From: Saccostrea echinata
Lineage: Eukaryota
Direction of reading: 5' to 3'
Assembly: GCF_033153115.1 (NCBI RefSeq)
Contig: NW_026889772.1
Span: forward strand, 13,330,001-13,394,000
Length of the DNA stretch: 64,000 nucleotides
Positions within the stretch are counted from its first letter, which is position 1. Each line of letters begins with the position of its first letter. The notes below the pieces were generated by a model that saw only the letters and a list, made by a program, of their open reading frames with translations, was not told the origin of the DNA and did no database searches. Positions 13,483 to 26,001 of this stretch are shown one piece after another. A program made the position numbers and the translations under genes.

Positions 13483-13764
13483 AAAATATATGGAGGTAAC
13501 GAACAGTTCAAAAGTTCATTAAATAAGACAACTTTGGAGCAGAGCAAACACAGACCTCTAAAACAACAAAGGTGGGGCCAGGTGCCATGGAGGAGTGAGC
13601 ATTCCCTGCCAACCGGTCAAACCCGCCGTGTGCTCCTTGTCATGATCGGGAAATAACGGAAAAATCCGTTGACAATTCAGTGTGTAAGTAATGGCTTAAC
13701 AATTAGTATGAAAAACGTTAATCAGCATTTGACTTAATGATAGATTGTATTTGCTGGCAAGGTA
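13483..13764 (-). mobile_element. Naiad-type 3' fragment (B)
   Basis: Near-identical to 14457-14745. Confidence 0.8.
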
Positions 13765-14456
13765 ATACCCATACAGGTTATTTTTTGTAACAAGAAAAGC
13801 CAATATTGTCATAAATTGCCAAATCACGATTGTTGAAGGGTGGATTAGGATTATTTTTCTAAGTACATGTATGTGCATGGTGTTCATCACAACCCGACTC
13901 CTCTGTCTTGGGTGCGTCTTGTATCCAATGCGGATCAAGTATGGGCGCTTTCCTTTTATAATATCTGATCTGTTAACCGTCCAAAATAACTGAATTTCAG
14001 GGAATTAAAAACTATTTTATTCATAAGATATTCATCTATTTCTCCAACTGTGACTACTTGGCGATCTTCTATTACAAGATGCTCTACTATGGACACATCT
14101 CTTTCCCAGCTCACTTTCACTGGGACCTAGAACGAACACCATTTTAACCATCTCTCTTCCTTCACAAAACAATTCATCCAATAACTAACTGAATTTTTGG
14201 CAAGTCCTCTGTCGTCATAAACCTTGTACAAATCAATATATATTACTGCAAAGGATTTTCCGAGATTTACCTAAAACTTTACAGTCCTTCCTTACTCGAG
14301 AACGACAAAGTAAATCATTTTATGTCACATGTCATCTACATCATGTACATATTGACGTCATTTTCACATCGTTATGTCATAAACAAGGAACAATATTAAC
14401 AACAAGGAGGAATATTATATAGCACATGTTATTTATAAAACATGTTTTATAACTAT

Positions 14457-14830
14457 ATGAAATATATGGAGATAACGAACAGTATTCAAGCTCAAAAGTC
14501 CATTAAACAATACAAAATAGGAGCAGAGCAAACACGGACCTCTAAACATCAGAGGTGGGATCAGGTGCCATGGAGGAGTGAGCATCCCCTGCCGACCGGT
14601 CAAACCCGCCGTGTGCTCCTTGTCATGATCGGGAAATAACGGAAAAATCCGTCGACAATTCAGTGTGTAAATAATGGCCTAACAATTAGTATGAAAAACG
14701 TCAGTCAGCATTTGACTCAATGATAAATTGTATTTGCTGACAAGGTCATTGTATCGACCATAGAACTTACGAAATGATGACTTTAAACGAGACAGCTGAT
14801 ATTCTTGTTTCATCAACTTGTTTGTCAATA
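14457..14830 (-). mobile_element. Naiad-type 3' fragment (B), close to consensus
   Basis: RT C-terminus ([17 protein letters not shown]) plus the 3' module. Confidence 0.85.
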
Positions 14831-14982
14831 AATTATAAGCTATATTTTATTCTGATTTGAATTGTAGTTATGTAAACACAGAGGTAGTTCGAAACTTTAT
14901 GATCACCCTTCGTAGTAATGTGAATGAGATCGGACTTTTTGATAATACACAGAGACGTAAGCGTACTCATGGACATCGGTCT

Positions 14983-15570
14983 TATTGTCTTTGTTTGTAA
15001 GGTTCATTATTTTGATTGTATTTTAGAGGAAATGGGATTTAATTCTGCTAGTGGTTATCCAACTTATACCCATATCTCCCTTTCTAAGGGGGAATTTTTT
15101 AAGTTATTATTATTTTTAATATTCCCAAAAATCAAAATGAATTTGGATTATCATACCTATATTGCATTTTAAACGTCATAAAAGTCCCTACAAACAAAGA
15201 TATATAGCGGATTCAATTAAATGTTCTACAAAGCCTCTTTTTTTATTACTCCTCACTAAAATATTAACAACAGTGAAGGAGAATTTCAGGAGTACTGTAC
15301 AACAATATATTCGAGAAGTGGTATAAATCAGATGTGGATACTTAAAATTCCGAGAGAGCCTTTAGAAAATTTGTACATGGATATCAACAATCTCGTTTAG
15401 AGTTATCATTTTGCAAGTTCTATGGTCGATACAATGACCTTGTCAGCAAATACCACCTCTGATGTTTTAAGAGGTCCGTGTTTGCTCTGCTCCTGATTTG
15501 TATTGTTTCAATGGACTTTTGAGCTTGATTACTGTTCGTTATCTAAATATTATTATCTAAATATTTCATA
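14983..15570 (+). mobile_element. Internally deleted Naiad-type fragment
   Basis: IVFVCKVHY.DCILEEMGFN region joined to RT-end and 3'-module pieces. Confidence 0.7.
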
Positions 15571-15774
15571 TAGTGCTGACACTACCAATGACTGTTTGTT
15601 TGTTTTTTGATAGCGAGCAGGTTTGGATTTCTTGATTGAATAATTCCAATTAACTATAAGTTCTATTTGACTCAATTTGTATACTTGTCAATCATGCTTA
15701 ATGCTGGTTGAGCTATATTTTCTCGGTAAGTGATCAGGAAGTTGTTTTGGGGGAGGTCCTTTGGTGAATAATTA

Positions 15775-17500
15775 TTAGTCTTTTTTACCATTCTTGCAAA
15801 GTATCCAAAGTAAGCTTCGTCTGCAAGTGACATGTTCCCTGGCTGAGTAATGCATTAATTGTTTTGTATATTTCAAGAACATGCCATTTCCTAAGTAATT
15901 GTAAAATCTACACTGACCAAACTTGCAGAGATGAAATATGGAGATAACGAACAGTAATCCTAAAATCCATTTCAACAATGCAAATTGAGAGCAAAGCAAA
16001 CGCGGACCTCCAAAAATATCAGAGGCGGGATCAGGTGCCACGGAGGAGTGAACATCCCATGCCGACCATCACACCCGCCGTGTGCTCCTAGTCATGATCA
16101 GGAGAAACGGAAAAATCCATAGACAATTCTGTGTGTAAATAAGGTCCTAACAATAAGTATTGTCATTTGCAAAATTATTTTGTTGAAAAGATATTCTGAT
16201 TGTACGTACAAGGGATAGGTTGTATTTGCTGACAAGGTCATTGTATCGACCATAAAACTTGTAAAACGATGACTTCAAACGAGACTGTTGATATCCTTGG
16301 TTCATCAACTTGTTTGTCAATAGCTTGCCTCGTTTTAAAAATTGTTCATACCTAGAGCAGGTTCTTGCGTATCGAATCAACTGAGAGACATAAACCCCAT
16401 ATACAGGTGAAAAGGGTATATTTCTACATAAGTAAGGGAAGTTGACAATTGAAAATTTAAAGTCATCACGTTTATCATAAAGCTTTGTTGTTAGGTTACC
16501 ATTAACGTCTTTTTGTAGTTGAATATCCAAATATGAAACAAATTGTCAGATTCTGTGGTATCTTTTATTTCAACCTCACTGGGATACATCGAGTCGACAT
16601 ATGAATGGAAGTGACTATTGTTAATTGATAGTACGTTGTCGATATATCTTAATGTCGAGTTGAAGGCCACAGCAAGTATTTTCTTCTTCTCATGTAGAAG
16701 TTTTTGAATAAATTCTGCTTCATATGAATAGAAAAATAGGTCTGCTAACAAGGGACACAATATTAGTAAAAATTGGTACCCATGTCGCAATTAGGGATGT
16801 ATAAAACTGGTTATGCTTGACTACACCTTTTTACAATATGAGTGATATGCAAAATTTTTAAAGCCGACCTAGATAAACATTTTTCCTTGCTTACTTTTAA
16901 AGTTCTGACTTTTTGTTTTATTCTTTACAGTTTGTTACAAGTTTATCTATAAATGATACAATCTGGAAATACTGATCAGAAGCAATTACACAAGCCGTTA
17001 ATGTGGGACACGCTCTAAACACTGGGTAGGACATTGAGGGTTTATATTTCAAATCAAAGGGACATCCGATAGGAGGATTGTAGGGCACGGAAAACCAGCC
17101 ATAGTGTCCCGCACAGCCATTATGATATTTCATTATAGAACCAAATCAATATTTATTTACGCTAGAACTGAAATATGAAATGCATTTTACTGATATTGAG
17201 AAAGAGGATAACTCAAGTAAAAAACAGTAATCTATCAATTGCTTTGAAATGATTAAATCTTGTTCGTATAGAGTGGAATTAACGGGAATCAGAGACAGGA
17301 TTCTTGTGTCATAGGCATTTTAGGGCATTATATGGTCATATGTAATTACTCTTGCAATCTTAAAATATCTAAGAAGAGATATGTCTTTGATGCTGTCACA
17401 TCGGACCAAGATGAGCTAATGACTCTACTTCCGGAGAACCAGTCAATATTAGTTGAATTACGACCGTCAAAAATGCCAACGTCTTTAAATGCCGAGTTAA
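15775..17500 (-). pseudogene. Remnant (3' exons only) of the unit-1 copy of the PAN-sushi gene
   Basis: 17350-17500 matches exon 48429-48580 and lacks its acceptor. ~16977-17167 matches exon 48083-48258 but has an in-frame TGA (17148-17146) and donor GT>AT. 15775-15845 matches the last exon with indels. The upstream exons are absent: the sequence jumps to the homolog of ~55010. Confidence 0.8.
15931..16784 (-). mobile_element. Naiad-type element (B), 5'-truncated
   Basis: ORFs 16491-16790 and 16147-16530 give PLLADLFFYSYEAEFIQ...RYIDNVLSINN and [18 protein letters not shown]...SQLIRYARTCS. ATG is present at both junctions. Confidence 0.85.
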
Positions 17501-18489
17501 GTTAGACTTAAGAGTCTATAAAATATGAGTTTGAAAATGATAGTAAATAGCATGAACTTACTAGATAAATTGAATTGAACCCTACACATTGTCAAGGACA
17601 AAAATTATCAATATTTTAATTACCCTGATTATTCAGCTAATATCCTTTTATTATGATTTACAATTAATATTCCCTCAACACAATCACAACACAATGGAAA
17701 AATAGCAAAACAAGTCGGTTTCTTTTACATGTACCAAATCTTTGCAGACTAAATGATGGCGCACTTAAGGAAACGATAACTGCACAGGATGAAAGGCAAA
17801 AAATATTCATAAGTCATACCAATTTACTACAGTAATAATTCCATCAATAACTTATCAATCTAACAAATCCATCAAGTTTAAAGTTTTTTTTTTCAATTTA
17901 TCACTATTGAAACAATCTTCAATATGGACAACCCCGCGGAGTTTCCTGGCATAAATAATCGGGCCATAGAAGGTAAAATGGTTATTATTAATGTTTATTA
18001 ACAGTTATAAATCAGATGATTAGAAGGTGTCATAGAAAAATTTAATAACTGAAATCATTCATCAGGTTTATTCAACTTCAATTATTCGTTAATCCAATAT
18101 ATGGAAACTCGAGTACACATGCACCTTAAATCTGTCTTATATTTATCTCACAGAAGTAAGAATTTTTAACTTTAAATCACTTCGGATTGAATAGAACTAG
18201 ATTAGTCAATTTGATTACATGTTTTGATTGATAAGTTTATATATAACACTCTTAGGGATTTCCCTTGGTTACAAATTTTTGTGCGTATATCAATCGGGAA
18301 ATTACAAATTGTGAGCATAGAATAAATCAATTTTTTTAATTAACATTATGACAAGTACAGTGTTTATATAGACCCTTTTATGAAAATGAAATATGGAGAT
18401 AAATAACAGTATTCAAGCTCAAAGTCCATTAAAACAATACAAATCTAATTTATATTTTCTGGCCTTCGTTTGCAATCACCACATAAAAA

Positions 18490-20335
18490 AATCCTTTCTT
18501 TATTGTTACTTTAGGCTTTACAGCTTATCAGTATATACAGTATGATACAAAAAGATACAGTACAGAAGTGGATAATTTACAGGAGAACAATGTGCACGTA
18601 CATAAATAATAGTGAAATAAAGAGAAGGAAAAATAAATTACAATTACAATCACCTCTTCGCTTCATGCTATAATAAATATATTTACCAAGCTTACACATA
18701 TCCTTATAGTTCTCTGTATTGAACAATTGCTATAATTTAAACATGGATGGTTTTTGAAAGAAATATTTTTTAATAAATTTGTTTCGATAATCTGCATAAA
18801 CAGGACATACTAGTAGAAAATGATATTCATCCTCAACACAAGTATGACACGAAAAACTTTTCCTCTGGGCTTTGTTAGTTTTATTATATCTCCCAATTTC
18901 AATAGCTAAAAGGTGTGAGGATAATCTTAACTTTGATATACATTTTTGAAACTTAGCCGGAATAGATTTTTTTTAAAAAATAATATTGTAGGTAAAACCC
19001 ATCAAGTAGATATTCATAGAAAGAACATTTCTGCGAACTTTCAATTTTAGCAAATATTTCTTGTTTAGCCTGATCCTTTGTTTAATAAATTTTATTGAAG
19101 CTGTATTAATTTGTTGATTCCCCAAACTTCACTAAATCCAATTAAGGTCGTTTAAGCATTTCTTCACCTGAAAAGCCCAGTTTTTTTGTGCATGAGATTC
19201 ACAGTTAAAGTACATTTTCTCATAGCAATTTCTAATAATACAGTTATCACTGGCTAATATATTACTCCAAAATTTTATCATTGAAAACATCCTTTTGTAC
19301 AACAGAGGAAGTCTACCTAACTCAGCATAAACAGCTGCATTACATGTAGATTTTTTAATCCTAGTATTTGCTTACAAAAATCAAGATGAAGTTTTTCAAC
19401 ATTGTCACCTCATATGCATAATTAACAATGCCTCCAACATAGCAATCAAAAAGTGATAATAAAGTTTCATGATTAAGAGACAAACCCCTTAGGTTTTTTC
19501 AACGCAAACAATGCTTTTCTACCTTGGTCAGACAGCTGTTTTTCCGCCATTGCAAATTTATTATTATAATGGAAAATAATTCCCAAGTATGTAAATTGTT
19601 CAACAATTTCCAAAACATGGTTACCAACAAATCATTTTACATTAGATTTGATTTTGCCCTTATTTCTGAAGATTAAAACTTTAGATTTATCTACATTAAT
19701 TCATAAATTCCAGGTTTTGCAATAGTGAGACAATTCATTCAAAAGTGATTGCAGACCTTCAATGGTTTCAGAAAAAAGAACCATATCATCTGCATACATG
19801 AACAAAAACAAATTCAGTGACATTAGATCATAGGAAATACAGTCAGATTTTAAGAAACTCATTTCAAAATTATTGACATAGAGATTGAATAAAATTGGAG
19901 ATAACACTTCTCCTTGCATTAAGCCAGTATTGCTACAGAAAAAATCACTCAATTGACCATTTACCACAATGCAAGATTTCACATTATAATACAGAGCTTT
20001 TATGACATTTAACAATTTACCTTGGATACCCACTTTTGATAACTTGATCCACAGTTAAGATCTGTTGATAGAATCAAACGCCTTTTTGAAATCAATGAAT
20101 GCACAATATAGTCTTTTACTTTTAGATAAAGTATTTGTAATCAAAGAATGAAGAACAAATATTGCTTCACGTGTACCACAATTAGGTTTAAATCCAAACT
20201 GTACATCTGTGATAATATCGTTACTTTTTGACCATTCTGATAATCTATTGTTTAATATTGAGGTAAATAATTTAGCCATATTACTGACAAGGCTTATACC
20301 TATGTAATTGTCTGGGTTCTTATTGTCACCTTTTC
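18490..20335 (-). mobile_element. L2/CR1-group LINE, 5'-truncated and frameshifted
   Basis: KGDNKNPDNY.GI, QFGF, AFIDFKKAFDSI, GLMQGEVLSPILFNLYVN and MYADDMVLFS are non-LTR RT motifs (ORFs 20055-20279, 19701-20033). Confidence 0.85.
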
Positions 20336-21082
20336 TAACCTAACCCATTCTGTAAGTTTAAGCGACATCCTTCATTTGAATAACTTATTTCATTCAGAGT
20401 TGATCATATAATTACATATAGTTTTTTTAAACAAAAGATCTCTATGAAGGAACAGTAAGATGAAACCGATAGAATTTTTTCAAAACAATTGAGGAAGTTA
20501 CTTCAGAGAGTACCATTAGTACATAAAATTTCAACATATCAATTGTTTAATGGCCAGAGCATAAAAGTTTGCAAATCTTTTTTTACTGTTTGTTTTCTTT
20601 GATGTAATTAATCAAAAATTTAATCCCGAGGTATTTTGCTCAAGATGGCCTCCGGGTCAGGTCTGCCCTTGAAAAGATTTTTGTTCTTTTAGGAAGTATA
20701 TTAAAACAAAGATCATTTTGACATTTTAAAATTATTTTAAGATTTAGACTTAGATCAGCACTGTTCTGAGTCCTGTGGATGAAAATTGGTCCCAAAAATC
20801 TTTTTGTTACATCAGAATAGCTTTAAGTTCTTGATTGAGAGGCAGAAAAGAGCACAGACTAATTTGTTAGAGTGAATTGGAATCCAGATGGAGCTATTAA
20901 CCTATTTTGAAATTTTTACATTCTATCACAACATTGGACATTGAAAAGGCTAGAGGATTTAAGTATTTTGGGAGAAGTAACTTGAAGACAAAGAACTGAA
21001 CATATGAAATATTTATTTTAAATAGAGTTCAAAATTACTTGATAACGTAATTCAACTAAAATTCGTGAAATCTCTTTTTTAT

Positions 21083-21138
21083 TTAACTCAACTTGTCCGC
21101 CTTAAGAAGGACAGCAAATCTCTCTGCCTCAGCAGTTT
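21083..21138 (-). pseudogene. Orphan duplicate of the terminal exon of paralog 3, near the right edge of duplication unit 1
   Basis: TTCAG|AA ACT GCT GAG GCA GAG AGA TTT GCT GTC CTT CTT AAG GCG GAC AAG TTG AGT TAA, 56 nt, matching 57090-57145. The flanking 20560-21245 matches 56500-57240. Confidence 0.7.
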
Positions 21139-21261
21139 CTGAATTTCATCAAAGAAAACGCTATATTCTTACGGATTTTCTTCCTTTAATGGGTCTTTCT
21201 TATTGATGTACAGTTCTTTAAATCAATTTTATTTACATTTCAATAACTTTCCTTATTTATG

Positions 21262-21722
21262 TACCTGTATGTGATGTTTACGTCTCCCAACTTATTCGAT
21301 ACTCAAGATCATTCTCTGAGTACATTAATTTTTAAAACCAAGACAGGCTAATGAAAAATAAGTTGATGTTACAGAGATTTCAACAAACTCGTTTGAACTC
21401 AGCATTTCGTAAATTTTATGGTCGTTATAATGACCGTGTTAGGAAATATAAGCTTTCATTATCATTTTGGCTGACGTGTTTCAGACCCATTGTTAGGCCT
21501 TTGTTTTGATACTAAATTTAACTACGGAATATCCCGTCTACATGATGAGTACATAGGGCTCACGGCAGGTGTGACCGGTCGACAGGGAATGCTTACTCCT
21601 CCTAGGCGCCTGATCCAAACTCTGAAATTTCCGGGATCCGTGTTTTATGCACTGTTAACAAATTTTTATAATTTGTAGATTTTTCTGAGATCGATCACTG
21701 TTCGTTATCTTCACTTTTTTAC
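21262..21722 (+). mobile_element. Naiad-type 3' fragment (A)
   Basis: Matches 4685-5144. Confidence 0.8.
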
Positions 21723-22712
21723 TACCACCTGAATAATACGCATTACTTGGGTTGTTTGGTTTGAATTTTTAATGTTTTTAATGTAGAATCTGTATAAATA
21801 ATGAGCAATTTAAAAAAAAAATTATTACACCCTTTTCCTACAGTAAATTATAGAAAACATCTTATAGACATGGTGGCCAGCTTTATCAATGAAAGGCTTC
21901 AATACAAAGGATAGCAATAATCTGAATTATTTTATCAATGATATTAGAAGCTGTATTTGAAAAAATTGTTGGTTGAGTGTGATCAATAAGAGTGTGTTAA
22001 AAAATTAGGTCCTGTCATTAGACAGTAATACACGTAAACGCACGTAAAGGTTTGTCTCTACAAGCTAATTCAGAGATTTGTGTCCCCCGCTTAGGGAAAA
22101 AAAGAAGAGCATGCGTAGTTCCCCGGATTTGTAGAAGTATTAAATTTATACATGTATATTGAAGCAAATAAATATGCCAAAATGGATATAAAGATTTGAT
22201 TGCTTATTCTTAAATATGTGTTCAGAAGATTCTTCTTTTTACTGGCCGGTATACAAAAGCTTTTTAAAAATTTATTTGTCAAACATTTTGCAAAAATTCT
22301 TATGGGGAGTTCGACAAGGAAAAAAGTCTGAAACATATGTATTTTTGAAATGTTGCGATTTAAAAGTATTGTTGAAATATATGAGGATTGCTGAATGTGG
22401 GATTTTGCTGGATGAAATAAATTAATTTGAAGCAGTCATGATCTTTGAAAAGAAACTGATCATTATAATTTCGTAAATCCAGAGGTTGTAAAATAAAAGT
22501 TCGGAAAGAAGATATGGTTTACTTGTAAAGACAGTGAAAGTTTATGATCAGAACAAATTACATGTTTCTTTAAACAATTAGGCTAACAAATTTAAGGTCA
22601 ATATCATGGGAAATATTAAAAAAAATTCTGTTCTACAATAGATGTTTTTGTTTTGATATTTTTTTGCTGCAAAATTGAACTGTATTTTGAATATCTTTTG
22701 GAAGTTATGATT

Positions 22713-23024
22713 AAACAAGAGACCCAGGGGCCACATCGCTTACCTAAGCACTATGGCTAGGAAAAAAGCAAAAATCAGTTTAGTATTGAGAAGCTTTAAT
22801 GCAGAAGTGGTCCCGACCTACCCCTAAAAGGGAGAAGGGGCGGGGGTATGATCTGAACAAACTTGAATCTACACCGCCTGAGGATGCTTACTACTCTGCT
22901 TAATACTCTGTGCCAAGTTTGGTTGAAATTGTCACAGTAATTCTAAAGAAGAAGATGAAATTGTGAAAATTTTTAGAACGACAACGACAACGACAGACAA
23001 CGGATAAATTTCATCAGAAAAGCC

Positions 23025-23056
<32 letters not shown>
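22713..23056 (-). mobile_element. Non-autonomous Helentron/Helitron-type element
   Basis: Minus strand starts TTTTTAGCTCACCTGAGCCGAAGGCTCAAGTG (hairpin), has a short GTC/GTT repeat, and ends with subterminal IR CTTAGGTAAGC, a GC-rich palindrome and TCTTGTT. This is typical Helentron-associated architecture. Confidence 0.7.
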
Positions 23057-25839
23057 GAATCCTGCATCCCCTCATGTCATAGATGTGACAATGGCCAGGT
23101 TTTGTTTGTAAATCATTTCTGATAAAGCAGTATCCTAGGTATTCAACAGACTGCATCCCTACACATGTCAATGCATTAAATTTACGAAGTTGGACGTGGC
23201 AACCCTTATACTAATTTGGTAACATCCAACATTTTAGCATATATTTAGAATGTAATATTTTCTTTAACTATCTCAGTTAAGCACCTTTTCTTTAATAAAG
23301 CGGATATTGGTTAAGATTTAATGTTGGCTTTGAAAAAGATACTTGTGGTATTTTGAATTTAAAATATTACTGCCTTTAACAGTTCATCAAGACAATGCTA
23401 AGACATCAAATTATTCGAATCGAGACCTCTGTTACGATGTATAATGATCTAGCTATTGAAAATATAAAATAAAACACAACAACCATAAGGAGACATCGGA
23501 TTCTTTTATTTGAAATGTCCATACTAAGTATTTGTATAAAGTTCTCATAATGATTCGAACGGTTAACGATGAACAAACAACAAGGTTTCGAAGATGAAAA
23601 ACACATATGTAACAAGGCATTGAATCAAAGATTCAGAAAGAAAATGATCAGTCTGATCGGTCACAGAAGAAGCTACTTCAAAACAAAATAATGAAAACAA
23701 AATCACATGAGAGAAAGATATATATCTGTAATTCGTTTAAAGAAGCAGTACAAAATCTTTCTTTCTCTCATTTCAATAGTTTGAAAAAACAACATTTTAA
23801 AAAAAGAAATGATTAGTGATAATTCTGTAAGATTGCATCATTATTGGATAAAAATATCTATCATATATACCGTGAAATGTGAAAATAACGACCAGTGATT
23901 ATGCTCAAAAATCCATTTAAACAATACAAATTGTGAGCACACGGACCTCTGAAAGTAGAGGTTGGCTCAAGTGCCCTGTAGGGGTAGGCATCCATTGCAT
24001 GCCTCTTGTCATATTAAAATCAAATTAGAATACAATTTCAATGGAATAAAAAAGCTCATGATCTCATTAAGTATTGAAGCATCAGTGCTATAACTAATAT
24101 GAATAGACACAATTTCCAGAAACTGCTCTTTCGACTGTTTGTCTCAGAGAAGCCGAGAGGTCTGGTGGCAAGTGGGTAATCAATTCTCTTCATCTGAGTT
24201 AATATAGCCTCTCGGGCACCGCTCCATTTCCCAGGTCCCATAACTCTGTACTGAAAAGGTGTAACTGGACCGAAGAATACCACTGCTGCAAGCTTGGGAT
24301 CAGTCATTATTAATTTGTCTGAAGTGATAAAAATTGATAACAACAGTTATAGATATCCATGTAATGTATTTTTCTTTCTTAAATGTGACGTAGTCCACAA
24401 AGAACTATTAATGGTTTCCCTCATATTTTGCCCCCTTTATTAGTAAAATTTAAACGTCAATGAACCTTAGTGAAATTGATATTTTTTGAAAGATGAGAAT
24501 TTATATTTTTTAAATTGTTACATTAATCAAATTCAAATTAAATGCACTAAATTAATGATCATAAATTGCTTAGAATCACAAAAAAAAAAGAGTCAAAGAG
24601 TGACATTTTTGATATAGCGTCCTCTTTATTTATAACAAATATGTATACCAATATTAATATTCTAAACTTAATAATAACATCTTCTTTTTAAATATTTTTC
24701 GATTTTTTTTCGCGATTGTTTTTCCAAAATACATTGCTGCTGCACATATGTAAAGTGCAAATTTTATTATATATTCTACATGTACATTTTATTAAATCTG
24801 CTGTAAAACGATATACATGCAACACATTTTAAGAATTCCAGTAATTTATTTATTTGTTGATTTATTCATTTACTTAATATGTTATTATGTTTTTCAACAC
24901 ACCCCATACAGGTTCCTATATATTATAAGGTCTTTTGTCTATTTATTTATTTTATATGTAATGTAGATTCGACTGCTATTATTCATATATAAAAGAAATG
25001 TGAAAAGGCCAACAATGTCAAACTAAAAAAAAGAAAAGAAATAAAAATAAAAATTGGGACATTTATCAAGGAGTTAATTTACTTAATGTAATAGGGCAAA
25101 AAAAAAGCCCTCACCATATATAGTTATATGTATTATTTAACTATGTGATTGCAACTAAACTTATGGCATACGTATGTTTCAAGATGTGACTTTCTCAGGA
25201 TAATTTCCGCACGTACACTGAGATATCATGGACTATACGATGGTGCAACGATGGTAAACGAAGATTTCATGAATGTTTATTATCGAAACATCTCGAATGA
25301 CCACATGAGACCCCTTTCAACAAATAGATGAAAATTGCTAAACGACCAAAGTTTAAAATTCTAAGTTCTGTAAATGGCATTCTGGTTCATGCAATGTTTT
25401 GACCCCCTTTGGAGCTTATGTATGAGCTCACCAAACCGCATTTTATATTTTTTTTCCTTGAGAATTAAAGTTTTAAATTTTGGTTCTATAATATTTACCA
25501 TAACTTTGACTTAAAGAAAAAAAAAATCTGTTTGCCAAGTTGTTTCCTTTATTGTTATATACGCAAATTTATGGACCAAATCATTTTTCATGTTATGATT
25601 CAATAACAATGAATAAATCAAATTTAGTCAGAAAAATTAATTTAAATAGCATGCTACAAAAGGAATACACTCGTGTTAAGAGGGATCTTCTCATATCTAT
25701 TGTATTTAAAATTCATGAATTAAGATGACAATATCACTAAATGACGGTATCATTTTTGTTAAAATTAAAATCTTGTTTTAGTAGCAAGATCAAGTCAAGG
25801 TTATCATGTTTTCCTAGATATAAAGGATTAAAAATTACT

Positions 25840-26001
25840 TAAGAAATAATGTATCATTTTTAAACATCTATCGGGATATAAATACGGGTTGGTCACGAGA
25901 TCAAATTTCATAAAGCCCGAAAGGCTTTATGGTAAATTTGATCTCGTACCAACCCGTATTTATTTCCCCATAGATGTTTAAAAATGATACATTATTACTT
26001 A
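25840..26001. repeat. ~160-bp near-perfect palindrome (repeat family; degenerate copy at 60777-60922)
   Basis: Arms ATAATGTATCATTTTTAAACATCTAT...AAATACGGGTTGGT...ATCAAATTT...ATAAAGCC and their reverse complement surround a CGAAA loop. Confidence 0.8.

Larger units (their letters stand above)
190..21250. repeat. Tandem segmental duplication, unit 1
   Basis: Colinear homology to unit 2: 190-470~23410-23710, all FMO exons, 11160-11350~40410-40600, 11470-12345~44527-45356, 16917-17500~48027-48580, 17560-18320~55040-56170, 20560-21245~56500-57240. Confidence 0.85.

Noticed and set aside
14520-14622. Canonical hammerhead ribozyme in the 3' module
   Set aside because: CTGATG is present, but CTGANGA and a correctly placed GAAA are not.
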